From an uncultured Candidatus Saccharibacteria bacterium (GTDB lineage: Bacteria; Patescibacteriota; Saccharimonadia; Saccharimonadales; Saccharimonadaceae): 64,000 bases of DNA. Below, piece after piece: positions 1 through 12,736 of the stretch. The position numbers and the translations under genes are program-made. The notes below the pieces were generated by a model. That model was given only the letters and a program-made list of their open reading frames with translations. It searched no databases and had not been told where the DNA came from. Position 1 is the stretch's first letter, and each line of letters opens with the position of its first letter. Where the stretch lies: the NCBI GenBank assembly GCA_946408595.1, contig CAMJSX010000002.1, positions 31,578-95,577 of the forward strand, in the 5' to 3' direction.

Positions 1-2
1 AT

Positions 3-1097
3 GACCTCAACGCTGAGACCGCCGACATTGCTGTTCGTACCACGGTAATTGCTGCTTTTTCCGAAACTCAAAAATCACCACTCGTTATGCCAAGCGTCAA
101 CATCACTAAATACGTACCAGGAGAAATGATGGAATATACTGCCACTGCTGACATTATCCCAGAAGTTAAGCTTTGTGATTACAAAAAACTTGGCGTCAAA
201 AAAGAGGAAGTTAAGATTCTCGCTAAAGACGTCCAGGGAGTACTTGATAATATCGCTAAGTCATTTGCCGAGAAAAAGGCCGTCAAACGTGCTGCCAAAC
301 TAACCGATGAAGTAATCATCGATTTCGTCGGCAAAAAAGATGGTGTCGCTTTCCCAGGTGGTTCAGCTAAAGATTTTCACCTAGTACTTGGCTCAATGAG
401 CCTCATTCCTGGTTTTGAGGATGGTATCGTCGGGCATGAACCAGGCGATAAGTTTGAGCTTAAACTCACTTTCCCAAAAGACTATGGCATGACCGATTTA
501 GCTGGAGTCAAAACCGTATTTGAAATCCTTTTGAAGCAAGTCAATGAAGTTAAAACTCCTGAAATCGATGACGAATTAGCCAAAAAAGTCGGACCTTTCA
601 AAGATCTAGCTGCTTTAAAGGACGATATTAAGAAGAACTTAGCTCTCCAAACTGAACAACGCGAAGGTGAAAAGTATAAAGACGCTTTAATCAAGGCCCT
701 GGTAGCTAAATCCAAAATTCCAGCGCCAGAAATTTTAGTCAAAGATCAACTTCGCATCATCAAAGATGATATTATGCGCAATGCTTCCGCACAACAAATT
801 AGTTTTGAAGAATACTTGAAGCGTGCCGGCGAGACTGAGAAAACTTGGGAAGAAAAAGCCACCAAGATTGCCGAGGAGCGCGTTAAGGCATCACTTGCCC
901 TTCAAACCATTGCCGTAGAACAAAAAATCACTGTTTCGGACGAATTAGTAGCTGCCAAAATTGCCGAACTTCGCGACGTTTATCGCAAATCACCAGATGC
1001 TTTGAAATCACTCAAAGATCCAAATGTCAAAATGGACATTAAGAATCGCATGACGATTGAAAAAACTATCGATTATCTTGTCGAAAACAACAAATAG
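3..1097 (+). CDS. tig: Trigger factor, 5' truncated by window edge
   Basis: FKBP-like segment (VIIDFVGKKDGVAFPGGSA...LIPGFEDGIVG) plus C-terminal domain; frame is open back to base 3. Confidence 0.93.
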   Translation, partial: DLNAETADIAVRTTVIAAFSETQKSPLVMPSVNITKYVPGEMMEYTATADIIPEVKLCDYKKLGVKKEEVKILAKDVQGVLDNIAKSFAEKKAVKRAAKLTDEVIIDFVGKKDGVAFPGGSAKDFHLVLGSMSLIPGFEDGIVGHEPGDKFELKLTFPKDYGMTDLAGVKTVFEILLKQVNEVKTPEIDDELAKKVGPFKDLAALKDDIKKNLALQTEQREGEKYKDALIKALVAKSKIPAPEILVKDQLRIIKDDIMRNASAQQISFEEYLKRAGETEKTWEEKATKIAEERVKASLALQTIAVEQKITVSDELVAAKIAELRDVYRKSPDALKSLKDPNVKMDIKNRMTIEKTIDYLVENNK

Positions 1098-1106
1098 TGA
1101 TATAAT
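1098..1106 (+). promoter_or_regulatory. Extended -10 promoter for rpsL-rpsG
   Basis: TGATATAAT directly after the tig stop. Confidence 0.65.
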
Positions 1107-1193
1107 TAGGTAAAGAGTTTCATCTCACTTGCTATTGCTGTATTCTGCAGGTGGGGCAATAATATAATATATATAATATATAAGGAATTTTGA

Positions 1194-1607
1194 ATGCCAA
1201 CTATTAACCAGTTGATTCGCAAGCCTCGCAAAAAGGCTGCGAGAAAATCCAAATCTCCAGCTCTTGGTTCTATCATTAACACTTTGAAGACCAAGCGCTA
1301 TGAGACTGCTGCACCTTTGAAACGTGGTGTATGTATTAAAGTTACTACCAAGACTCCAAAGAAACCAAACTCCGCTATGCGTAAGGTCGCTCGTGTGCGT
1401 CTTACTAATGGCCAAGAAGTTTGGGCCTACATTGGTGGTGAAGGTCACAACCTTCAGGAACACGCCGTCGTACTAGTACGTGGTGGCCGTGTACCAGATC
1501 TTCCTGGTGTACGTTATCACGTAGTTCGTGGTACTTTGGATCTTCAAGGCGTACAAGGTCGTAAGCAAGGTCGTAGTAAATACGGCGCAAAGAAGGAGGG
1601 CAACTAA
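1194..1607 (+). CDS. rpsL: 30S ribosomal protein S12
   Basis: [31 protein letters not shown] motifs. Confidence 0.99.
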   Translation: MPTINQLIRKPRKKAARKSKSPALGSIINTLKTKRYETAAPLKRGVCIKVTTKTPKKPNSAMRKVARVRLTNGQEVWAYIGGEGHNLQEHAVVLVRGGRVPDLPGVRYHVVRGTLDLQGVQGRKQGRSKYGAKKEGN

Positions 1608-1609
1608 TT

Positions 1610-2086
1610 ATGCCACGTAAAACTACCAAATCCTTGGAGCGCAAAGTTTCTCCAGACCGCAAATACCAATCCATCATGGTACAAAGACTTATCAACAAGT
1701 CGATGCTTGATGGCAAAAAGCAAGCTGCTGAACGTGCTGTTTATTCAGCTATCGAAGGTGCTGCTAAAAAATTGAAATCTGAAAATCCAGTGGAAGTTTT
1801 GGAAAAAGCAATTGCCAACGTCTCGCCAGACTTTGAAGTAAAGTCTCGCCGTGTTGGTGGCGCTAACTACCAAATTCCATTTCCAATTTCTGGACACCGC
1901 CAAATGCATTTTGCCTTTACTTGGCTTGTACAATCGGCTCGTGCACGTGGTGGTATGCCATATGCCAAGCGTCTAGAAGCAGAAATCGTTGATGCTTACA
2001 ACCAAACCGGTGCCGCCTTCAAGAAGAAAGAAGATTGTCACCGCATGGCTGAAGCCAACCGTGCCTTTGCACACTTTGCAAGATAA
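1610..2086 (+). CDS. rpsG: 30S ribosomal protein S7
   Basis: MPRK, EVKSRRVGGANYQIP, HRMAEANRAFAH. Confidence 0.99.
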   Translation: MPRKTTKSLERKVSPDRKYQSIMVQRLINKSMLDGKKQAAERAVYSAIEGAAKKLKSENPVEVLEKAIANVSPDFEVKSRRVGGANYQIPFPISGHRQMHFAFTWLVQSARARGGMPYAKRLEAEIVDAYNQTGAAFKKKEDCHRMAEANRAFAHFAR

Positions 2087-2253
2087 AATTGTTTAAATGC
2101 TATTCTTTCGAAGCATTTAGAATCACCCATATAAAAAATACAACTCCACGAACTTTCGAGGAAACTGTAATTTCCGAGAAAGCCCGACTGGTGTTGTATT
2201 TTTTATCTTGGCGTGATTTTAACGCTGAGAAAAATAGCATTTAAATAATTTTA
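2084..2253. repeat. 170-bp imperfect palindrome, hairpin element E1
   Basis: Outer arms 2084-2104/2233-2253 (21 bp, 1 mismatch); inner perfect 14-bp arms ataaaaaatacaac 2131-2144 / 2193-2206; core cgaggaaactgtaatttccgag. Confidence 0.9.
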
Positions 2254-2288
2254 TGTGGTATAATAGGCATAAGAATAATAGGAGGTTT

Positions 2289-3293
2289 ATGATAAAAGTA
2301 GCGATTAATGGTTTTGGTAGGATTGGACGCAACGCGTTCAAAATCTTGATGAGCCGAAAAGATGCGGAAGTCGTAGCAATCAATGACATCACTGATGCAA
2401 AGACTTTAGCACACCTACTCAAACATGACTCTTCCTATGGAACTTACGACCAAGACGTGTCATTTGACGAACATTCTATTACGGTTGGTGGCAAAAAAGT
2501 ACCAATTTATGCCGAAAAAGATCCTCACGACTTACCTTGGAAGGATTTAGGCGTAGACGTCGTGATTGAATCTACCGGTTTTTTCACTAAACCAGAAGAT
2601 GCCAAGGCACATATCGAGGCTGGTGCCAAGCGTGTGGTAATCTCAGCCCCAGCCAAAGGTGAAGGCGCAAAGACCGTAGTGCTCGGCGTAAACGAAGATG
2701 TTCTAAGTGCTGATGATGAAATTATTTCCAATGCTTCTTGTACTACAAACTGTATCGCACCAATTATGAAGGTTCTGGAAGATAATCTTGGAATTGAAAA
2801 AGCCATGATGACGACAGTACATTCTTATACTGGTTCGCAAAGAATTCTAGATGCACCAGCCAAAGACTTACGTGAAGCACGTTCAGCTGCCGAAAATATT
2901 GTTCCAACCACTACCGGTGCGTCCAAAGCTGCTGCACTAACTATCCCAAGCCTCACGGGTAAATTCAACGGGCTTTCAGTAAGAGTCCCAACCCCAGTAG
3001 TGTCCTTGTCAGACATCACCGCTATCGTCAAAAAAGACACCACCAAAGAAGAGCTAACCGAATTGTTCAAAAAAGTGGCTAAAGAACCGTATTACGAAGG
3101 TATTATAGGAATCACAGAAGAAGAGTTGGTCTCATCCGACTTTATTGGCGACCCACATTCCTGTATTGTAGATTTACCACTCATTGACGTCGTCGGCGGA
3201 AATATGATCAAAGTAGTCGCTTGGTATGACAACGAATGGGGTTATTCCAATCGTTTGGTTGAACTAACCGTAGACTACGGTGGAGAAAAATAA
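2289..3293 (+). CDS. gap: Glyceraldehyde-3-phosphate dehydrogenase type I
   Basis: INGFGRIGR, ASCTTNC, WYDNEWGYS; RBS GGAGG; extended -10 at 2256-2264. Confidence 0.99.
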   Translation: MIKVAINGFGRIGRNAFKILMSRKDAEVVAINDITDAKTLAHLLKHDSSYGTYDQDVSFDEHSITVGGKKVPIYAEKDPHDLPWKDLGVDVVIESTGFFTKPEDAKAHIEAGAKRVVISAPAKGEGAKTVVLGVNEDVLSADDEIISNASCTTNCIAPIMKVLEDNLGIEKAMMTTVHSYTGSQRILDAPAKDLREARSAAENIVPTTTGASKAAALTIPSLTGKFNGLSVRVPTPVVSLSDITAIVKKDTTKEELTELFKKVAKEPYYEGIIGITEEELVSSDFIGDPHSCIVDLPLIDVVGGNMIKVVAWYDNEWGYSNRLVELTVDYGGEK

Positions 3294-3742
3294 TGGAAAT
3301 CTTTGTCGGAGCAGATTACCGAGGTTTCGAATTAAAAAATGAACTACTCAAGTTTTTGGTAGAAAACAATTATAATGCGACAGATGAAGGAACCTACGAA
3401 CAAACCGAAGTTGACGATTTTAATGATCCAGCAATCAAAGTCGCTTTATCAGTGCGAGAGAATCCTGGCTCACGCGGCGTCCTTATTTGCGACTCAGCGC
3501 ACGGAATGACGATGCAGGCTAATCGTTTCAAAGGTATCCGCGCCGCACATTGTGATTCTGCCGAATCGGCCGTTCTAGCACGCGAACACGATGACGCGAA
3601 TATTCTATGCTTGTCAGCACATTTTATTGATACTAATAAAATGCAAGAAATTGTAAAAACGTTTCTCGAAACTAATTTTAATAATTTAGAACGGCGCGTA
3701 CGCCGGATTAATCGTCTTGACGAAAGGGAGGATTATGATTAG
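3293..3742 (+). CDS. rpiB: Ribose-5-phosphate isomerase B (RpiB/LacAB family)
   Basis: GVLICDSAHGMTMQANRFKGIRAA, AREHDDANILCL; TAATG overlap with gap. Confidence 0.9.
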   Translation: MEIFVGADYRGFELKNELLKFLVENNYNATDEGTYEQTEVDDFNDPAIKVALSVRENPGSRGVLICDSAHGMTMQANRFKGIRAAHCDSAESAVLAREHDDANILCLSAHFIDTNKMQEIVKTFLETNFNNLERRVRRINRLDEREDYD

Positions 3743-4391
3743 GGAAGTATCGATTGTCCCGGCAATTTTAGTCAACAATAAAAAAGATTTTCGTGCACAA
3801 GTCGAAAGCATTAATAATTTTACTAGACGTGCACAAATCGACGTTTCAGATGGCGTTTTCGCGCCAACCGAAACCCTAGACATTACCAATGTTTGGTGGC
3901 CAAGAGGTTGGGAAACCGATCTTCATTTAATGGTCGCCAAACCATCAGAATGCCTTGAAACCGTTTTTAAATTATCACCGTCCTTATGTATTCTACATGC
4001 AGAAGCTAGTGAAGATTTACTTCCTATATTTGAACAGCTACACGCCCACGAAATTAAATGCGGCGTCGCTCTTTTACCGTCAACCTATCCAGGCAACGTC
4101 AAACAATACATCGAAGCCGCCGATCATGTTTTAATCTTTGCTGGTCAAATCGGTGTGCAAGGTAGCCCCGCAGATTTATTACAAACAGAAAAAATCACAT
4201 TGGTTCGCAATATCAAGCCAGAATTAGAAATTGGTTGGGATGGCGGCGCCAATCTCACAAACATTCGCGCCCTAGCACATGCAGATCTTGATGTAATCAA
4301 CGTTGGTTCTGCCTTAGCTCAAGCCGAAAACCCAGCCGACATGTTTAACCAGCTCGTTGCCGAAATCGATAAAAGCGGAGTAGTATTGTAA
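3735..4391 (+). CDS. rpe: Ribulose-phosphate 3-epimerase family protein
   Basis: QIDVSDGVFAP, DLHLMV, LHAE, IGWDGG. Confidence 0.88.
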   Translation: MIREVSIVPAILVNNKKDFRAQVESINNFTRRAQIDVSDGVFAPTETLDITNVWWPRGWETDLHLMVAKPSECLETVFKLSPSLCILHAEASEDLLPIFEQLHAHEIKCGVALLPSTYPGNVKQYIEAADHVLIFAGQIGVQGSPADLLQTEKITLVRNIKPELEIGWDGGANLTNIRALAHADLDVINVGSALAQAENPADMFNQLVAEIDKSGVVL

Positions 4392-5359
4392 TGGCCAAAA
4401 TTGTCTCGCTTGGTTCGGCACTCCAAGACATTTATCTAATTGATCATGACGATCTTTCGCCAACTGCAATTGGAGACGAGGCAATTTTTGGAAATATTTT
4501 AGTAGGGTCAAAAGTCGACATCGACCAGCTAAGCTATGAAATCGGTGGCGGTGGCGTCAACTCGTCCATCACTTTTGCACGACACGGTCACGAAGCATTT
4601 TTAATCACCAACATAGCACGCGACGCAGCCGGCGAAGCCATTTTGCATGTATTAGAACGCGAAAAAGTAAATAGTGGCTATATTAATATTATTAATCGTA
4701 AAGCCACTGGCACTTCGGTAATTCTATTAGACGCCAAAAGGGGAGAAAGAACGATTCTGACACACCGTGGTGCAAGTGAAAAATTCGACAATTTCAACGC
4801 CGCCGATTTAACTTCTCTTAAACCGGACTATTTATATGTTACTACTTTGAGGGGAGATTTAGACACCATAGCAAAGTTCTTCAAAAAAGCTCGAGAGCTT
4901 AATATTAAAATCATGTTCAACCCTGGCATTAAAGAGCTTAAAAAACCTAAAGAATTGGCTAGATTATTTGAATATGTAGACATCCTATTAGTTAATAAAT
5001 CTGAAGCCTCCAAAATAGTGCCAGGCGTAGTTTTAACAGAACTTTTGTACCATCTGAATAATTATGTTCCAGTAGTTATTATTACTGACGGCGCAATGGG
5101 CGGAATTGCAGGCAACCGTAAAACAGAAGAAATCTACCGTTTTGGTATTTATGAAGACGTTAAAATGAAAGACGCTACTGGCGCAGGCGACGCCTTTGGC
5201 TCAGGATTCCTCGCGGCACTGCTTGAAGGTAAATCATTCCGAAGCTCCCTTATTTTCGCATCAGCCAATTCAACATCAGTAGTGACAAAAATTGGCGCCA
5301 ACAAAGGAATTTTGACCGGACACGAAGAATTACACCCAATGCCAATACAAAAAATATAA
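4391..5359 (+). CDS. PfkB/ribokinase-family carbohydrate kinase
   Basis: GGGGVN N-terminal motif and DATGAGDAFGSG signature. Confidence 0.93.
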   Translation: MAKIVSLGSALQDIYLIDHDDLSPTAIGDEAIFGNILVGSKVDIDQLSYEIGGGGVNSSITFARHGHEAFLITNIARDAAGEAILHVLEREKVNSGYINIINRKATGTSVILLDAKRGERTILTHRGASEKFDNFNAADLTSLKPDYLYVTTLRGDLDTIAKFFKKARELNIKIMFNPGIKELKKPKELARLFEYVDILLVNKSEASKIVPGVVLTELLYHLNNYVPVVIITDGAMGGIAGNRKTEEIYRFGIYEDVKMKDATGAGDAFGSGFLAALLEGKSFRSSLIFASANSTSVVTKIGANKGILTGHEELHPMPIQKI

Positions 5360-5370
5360 AAAGGAGAATT

Positions 5371-8752
<3,382 letters not shown>

Positions 8753-8790
8753 CCCTTTACATTTTTAGTTATTTGTGGTATAATTAAAGA

Positions 8791-10140
8791 ATGGACGAGA
8801 GGTTAAGACAAAAACTTAGTAAACTCCCGGTTTCACCGGGGGTTTATTTTCATAAAAATAAATCTGGCGAAATTATCTATGTCGGCAAAGCTGCAGTTTT
8901 AAAGAACCGCGTTCGTCAGTATTTTCAAAAATCACACAAAGACACTAAGACCGAAGCCTTAGTTGCAGAGATTTACGACACAGACTGGATCGTCGTAGAT
9001 ACTGAAATGGATGCGTTGTTTTTGGAGTCTGAAATGATTAAGCGTTACATGCCAAAATGGAACATTCTATTACGTGATGACAAAACCGTATCCTATGTTC
9101 GTATTTCCATGCAAGACGAAATACCATATGTTTCTTTTACGCGCACACCGATGGATGATAAAGCGGTATATATAGGCCCTTTTTATGGTAAATTGGTAGT
9201 CGAAAAAGCCCTCCGGACGCTTCGACGAATTTTCCCATATTATGACAAACCCTACACCGGCAAAAAGACTTTAAATACTGACTTAAAACTCACGCCAGGA
9301 ATTGAAATCGGAAACTGTACTCCTAAAGATTATAAAAGAAACCTACGAAAACTAATTAGATACCTTGAGGGCGATCGCGAAAAACTCTTAAAAGAGCTCG
9401 AAAAAACTATGTACGACGAGGCTTCTAAAGGGAATTATGAACTAGCGGCCGAAGCCCGTAACCAATTGTTTGGCTTAAAAGAACTAAAGAAAAAGATCGT
9501 CTTTTCCGACAAAGAATTCTTAGACATCTCATCAGACCAGGCCCTGTCTGATTTGCAAAAAATACTAGGACTAGAAAAACCACCGCGCAGAATCGAAGGA
9601 TATGATATTTCGCACCAGTCTGGCACCAATACGGTGGCAAGCATGGTGGTATTTATTAATGGCACCGCAACGCGAAGCGAGTATCGCAAATTCAAAATCC
9701 GCTCTTCAAAAAATGACGATTTAAAAAGCATGGTAGAAGTAATTACGAGACGGTTAAAACACGCCGAATGGGACTTTCCAGACTTAATAATTCTAGACGG
9801 TGGCATCAACCAAGTAAATGTCGTCTTACCACTAGTAGAACCATACCACATACCAGTAATCGGCCGCGACAAATCCGGCAACCATTCCCACAACGCCCAT
9901 GTAAACCTGATAATTCCAGGCAAGTTGTCGAATCGAAGGGCCTCCGGAGCGCGGCAGCGCGAGGATGAGTGCCGGCCGCCCGTGGCGACGGGCCGGCCGG
10001 ACACAGCCCGAGATCGACACTTGCTGGAATTATCTCCCGGTTCACACGTCGCGCGCCTAATCGCCCGCATCGACGAAGAATCGCACCGATTTGCCATCAC
10101 GTATCATTCTTTACTCAAACGAAAAAATATGCTAAAGTAG
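8791..10140 (+). CDS. uvrC: Excinuclease UvrC-like, short form without C-terminal HhH
   Basis: GIY-YIG (PGVYFH...IIYVGKA..LKNRVRQYF), RIEGYDISH, PDLIILDGG, ESHRFAITYH. Confidence 0.92.
   Translation: MDERLRQKLSKLPVSPGVYFHKNKSGEIIYVGKAAVLKNRVRQYFQKSHKDTKTEALVAEIYDTDWIVVDTEMDALFLESEMIKRYMPKWNILLRDDKTVSYVRISMQDEIPYVSFTRTPMDDKAVYIGPFYGKLVVEKALRTLRRIFPYYDKPYTGKKTLNTDLKLTPGIEIGNCTPKDYKRNLRKLIRYLEGDREKLLKELEKTMYDEASKGNYELAAEARNQLFGLKELKKKIVFSDKEFLDISSDQALSDLQKILGLEKPPRRIEGYDISHQSGTNTVASMVVFINGTATRSEYRKFKIRSSKNDDLKSMVEVITRRLKHAEWDFPDLIILDGGINQVNVVLPLVEPYHIPVIGRDKSGNHSHNAHVNLIIPGKLSNRRASGARQREDECRPPVATGRPDTARDRHLLELSPGSHVARLIARIDEESHRFAITYHSLLKRKNMLK
9909..10034. repeat. 126-bp GC-rich palindrome in frame within uvrC
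   Basis: Arms gataattccaggcaagttgtcga / tcgacacttgctggaattatc; inner hairpin ccggccgcccgt-ggcg-acgggccggccgg. Confidence 0.85.
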
Positions 10141-10158
10141 AGTAAGAGGAGTTATTTT

Positions 10159-10386
10159 ATGCAATTAGGAAATTTTCTAGAAGTAGTAATCTTCATCTCA
10201 GCATTTCTAACCATTCTACTAGTTTTGTTACAGCAACGTGGTGCTTCACTTGGTGCAGGTTTTGGTAGCTCTGGTGAATTGTACACCAAACGCCGTGGTT
10301 TGGAAAAATCACTATTCGTAACCACCGTTATTTCAGCAGTTGTATTTGTTTCTTCAATTCTAGGTCTATTATTAATTCCGGCATAA
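10159..10386 (+). CDS. secG: Preprotein translocase subunit SecG
   Basis: LVLLQQRGASLGAGFGSSG, RRGLEKSLF; two TM helices. Confidence 0.93.
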   Translation: MQLGNFLEVVIFISAFLTILLVLLQQRGASLGAGFGSSGELYTKRRGLEKSLFVTTVISAVVFVSSILGLLLIPA

Positions 10387-10387
10387 T

Positions 10388-12124
10388 ATGATAAACAATC
10401 TAAAAAAGAGTGGGCAAAAATATTTAAGGAAATTCTCGCGAGTTTCGAGAAAGGCTAGCGAGGAGGGTAAAGAACATATTAAAGAAAATTTGATTCAGCG
10501 AGTTCCACATATTCGCGACATCAAACTTCTTATTTTGGAATGGTCACTTCTTGTAACGGCTCTAGTTTTGCTCGCCATAACGCAAGCCTTTTGGTCCAGT
10601 AGCTCATATGCCAATGATACTTTTGTAGACGGTGGGACATATATTGAAGCAACTATCGGGCAAATTAATTCATTCAACCCATTGTTCGCCACCACAAATA
10701 GTGAAAAAGTCGTCAGCAAGCTACTATTTGCAACATTAATGGCGGTAGATTATTCTGGAAATCCAGGCCTTCAGTTGGCAGAATCGTTACGTGCAAGCGA
10801 AAATGGTAAAATCTGGACGATGCGTCTCCGTGATAATCTAAAATGGTCCGACGGCGAGCCACTTACAAATGAAGACGTTTTATTCACCATTGGTTTAATC
10901 CAAAACCCAGTAGTTAATTCAATTTACAATAAAAATCTAGAAGGGGTTAAAGTCGTCGAAAACGAAGAGGGGAATATAGTATTTACCCTGAACTCCGCCT
11001 ACGCAGATTTTGCCACGGCACTAGAAATACCCGTCTTACCGAAACATTTACTTGAAAATGTTGAGCCAAAGACTCTAATTGAAAATGAGTTTTCTACTGC
11101 ACCAATTGGCTCCGGGCCATTTGTGCTAAATGCCGTACAGACTTCTGGTGCTGGATATACTTCAGTAGTTTATCTATCAGCAAATACTAGTTATTATTTA
11201 GGGAAGCCAATGTTAAATAGCTTCGCGGTAAATATATATGACAATAAAAACGAAATCGTCAATGCAATTAACGCCGGAAAAATTACCGCTACGGCAGAAT
11301 TGTCCGGTCCCGAAGCCGACAAAATCAACTCTCGGGCATTCCTAAGCAAGAATTCAAGTACTGACGCCGGTGTTTTTGTTTTCTTTAACACCTCCAGCGA
11401 GCAACTAAAGAATCAAAACCTACGAGCTGCCATTCGCCGAGGAATTAATATTGAAAAAATAAGGGAAGCGGCACCAGATACAATCGCTCTAGATTATCCA
11501 TTTATTGATAGCCAAATCGAATTATCAGCTTACCCAGAAATCCCAGCCCATGATCTCGAAGACGCTAAAGCAAAGATAGCTGAACTAAAGGGCGATGATT
11601 CTATTAACTTGCGAATCGCAACAGTTAACTCTGGATATTTACCAGCTGTAACAGAAGCTCTTAAAAACGAACTATCGGAACTCGGTATCGAGGCAAACGT
11701 GACCGTCTATGGCGAGACTCAAGAATTCGTCACTGGAGTAATTGCTCAAAGAAACTATGACATTTTGGTCTATGAAGTTGAGTTAGGAGCAGATCCAGAT
11801 CCGCTGCCATATTATCATTCATCACAAATATCAACTGTCGGTCTAAATCTATCTAATTATCGTCAATTAATAGTCGACGATTTATTGGTGGGCGCACGCG
11901 AAACGCTTGACACCACACTTCGCGCCAAAAAATATGAAACCTTCCTTAAATACTGGGTAGCCGATGTGCCAGCAATCGGGCTTTATCGAGCTAATCTAAC
12001 TTATATATATAATAAGAACGCTCGCGCTTATGGCAACGACGTCCGTCTCGTCACGGCAATTGATCGTTTCTCTGATATATTAAATTTCGCAACCGTCAAA
12101 GATTCACGCAACAAAACACCATAG
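10388..12124 (+). CDS. Family 5 peptide ABC transporter substrate-binding protein, membrane anchored
   Basis: FNPL, LRDNLKWSDGEPLTNEDVLFT, PIGSGPF, DPDPLPYYHSSQ. Confidence 0.88.
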   Translation: MINNLKKSGQKYLRKFSRVSRKASEEGKEHIKENLIQRVPHIRDIKLLILEWSLLVTALVLLAITQAFWSSSSYANDTFVDGGTYIEATIGQINSFNPLFATTNSEKVVSKLLFATLMAVDYSGNPGLQLAESLRASENGKIWTMRLRDNLKWSDGEPLTNEDVLFTIGLIQNPVVNSIYNKNLEGVKVVENEEGNIVFTLNSAYADFATALEIPVLPKHLLENVEPKTLIENEFSTAPIGSGPFVLNAVQTSGAGYTSVVYLSANTSYYLGKPMLNSFAVNIYDNKNEIVNAINAGKITATAELSGPEADKINSRAFLSKNSSTDAGVFVFFNTSSEQLKNQNLRAAIRRGINIEKIREAAPDTIALDYPFIDSQIELSAYPEIPAHDLEDAKAKIAELKGDDSINLRIATVNSGYLPAVTEALKNELSELGIEANVTVYGETQEFVTGVIAQRNYDILVYEVELGADPDPLPYYHSSQISTVGLNLSNYRQLIVDDLLVGARETLDTTLRAKKYETFLKYWVADVPAIGLYRANLTYIYNKNARAYGNDVRLVTAIDRFSDILNFATVKDSRNKTP

Positions 12125-12132
12125 TAGGGAAA

Positions 12133-12618
12133 ATGGATAACTCATCAGAATCGGAAGACTGGGAAAAACAAAAGAAAATCAAAGCCGAGATCGAAAAGGC
12201 AGAAAAAGCTAGTAGGCCAGAAGATAAATCAAAGCTAGCCTATATTGATCCTAGCACCTTCACTCCCGGTAAAGGGTTGTCCTATAATATTGAAGCGTAC
12301 CGTACTGGCAGTGAGAAGATTTCAACCCTCGCTCTTACATTGATAATTCTAGGTGTGATAGGAGACGCAATCTTCATTTTTATTACCGCTCATTTGCAAC
12401 TAGGTTTAGTAGATATGCTCCCGCAGATGATTGATAATGCAATCTATACAATCTTTGTATTGGCACCAGCTGTAGCAGCAGCTTTTGCAATTGTTGAAGC
12501 TATTATTTATATGAAAAAAACCGGCCACAAACTCACTAACCCAATCGTCAATTCGGTTATTACAATTGTAATATTTTTAATTTGGCAAAGCGTCCGACTA
12601 ATAATAGCTGGTATTTAA
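12133..12618 (+). CDS. Hypothetical membrane protein (~3 TM)
   Basis: 161-aa ORF with three hydrophobic segments. Confidence 0.6.
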   Translation: MDNSSESEDWEKQKKIKAEIEKAEKASRPEDKSKLAYIDPSTFTPGKGLSYNIEAYRTGSEKISTLALTLIILGVIGDAIFIFITAHLQLGLVDMLPQMIDNAIYTIFVLAPAVAAAFAIVEAIIYMKKTGHKLTNPIVNSVITIVIFLIWQSVRLIIAGI

Positions 12619-12645
12619 CCACCTAATATGATATAATACCCATAT

Positions 12646-12736
12646 GCGCCTGTGGTGGAATTGGTAGACACGCTACCTTGAGGTGGTAGTGGCCAAACCT
12701 ACGGCTGTGCTAGTTCGAGTCTAGTCAGGCGCACCA
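12646..12736 (+). tRNA. tRNA-Leu(GAG), CCA encoded
   Basis: Acceptor gcgcctg/caggcgc, D-arm ggaattggtagac, anticodon stem ctacc/ggtag with loop ttGAGgt, long variable arm, T-arm gttcgagt. Confidence 0.95.
12716..12736 (+). repeat. att core, left copy (tRNA 3' end)
   Basis: cgagtctagtcaggcgcacca, identical to 18558-18578. Confidence 0.95.

Noticed and set aside
1158-1182. ataatat micro-repeats upstream of rpsL
   Set aside because: Low-complexity AT tract; phase variation cannot be supported from one sequence
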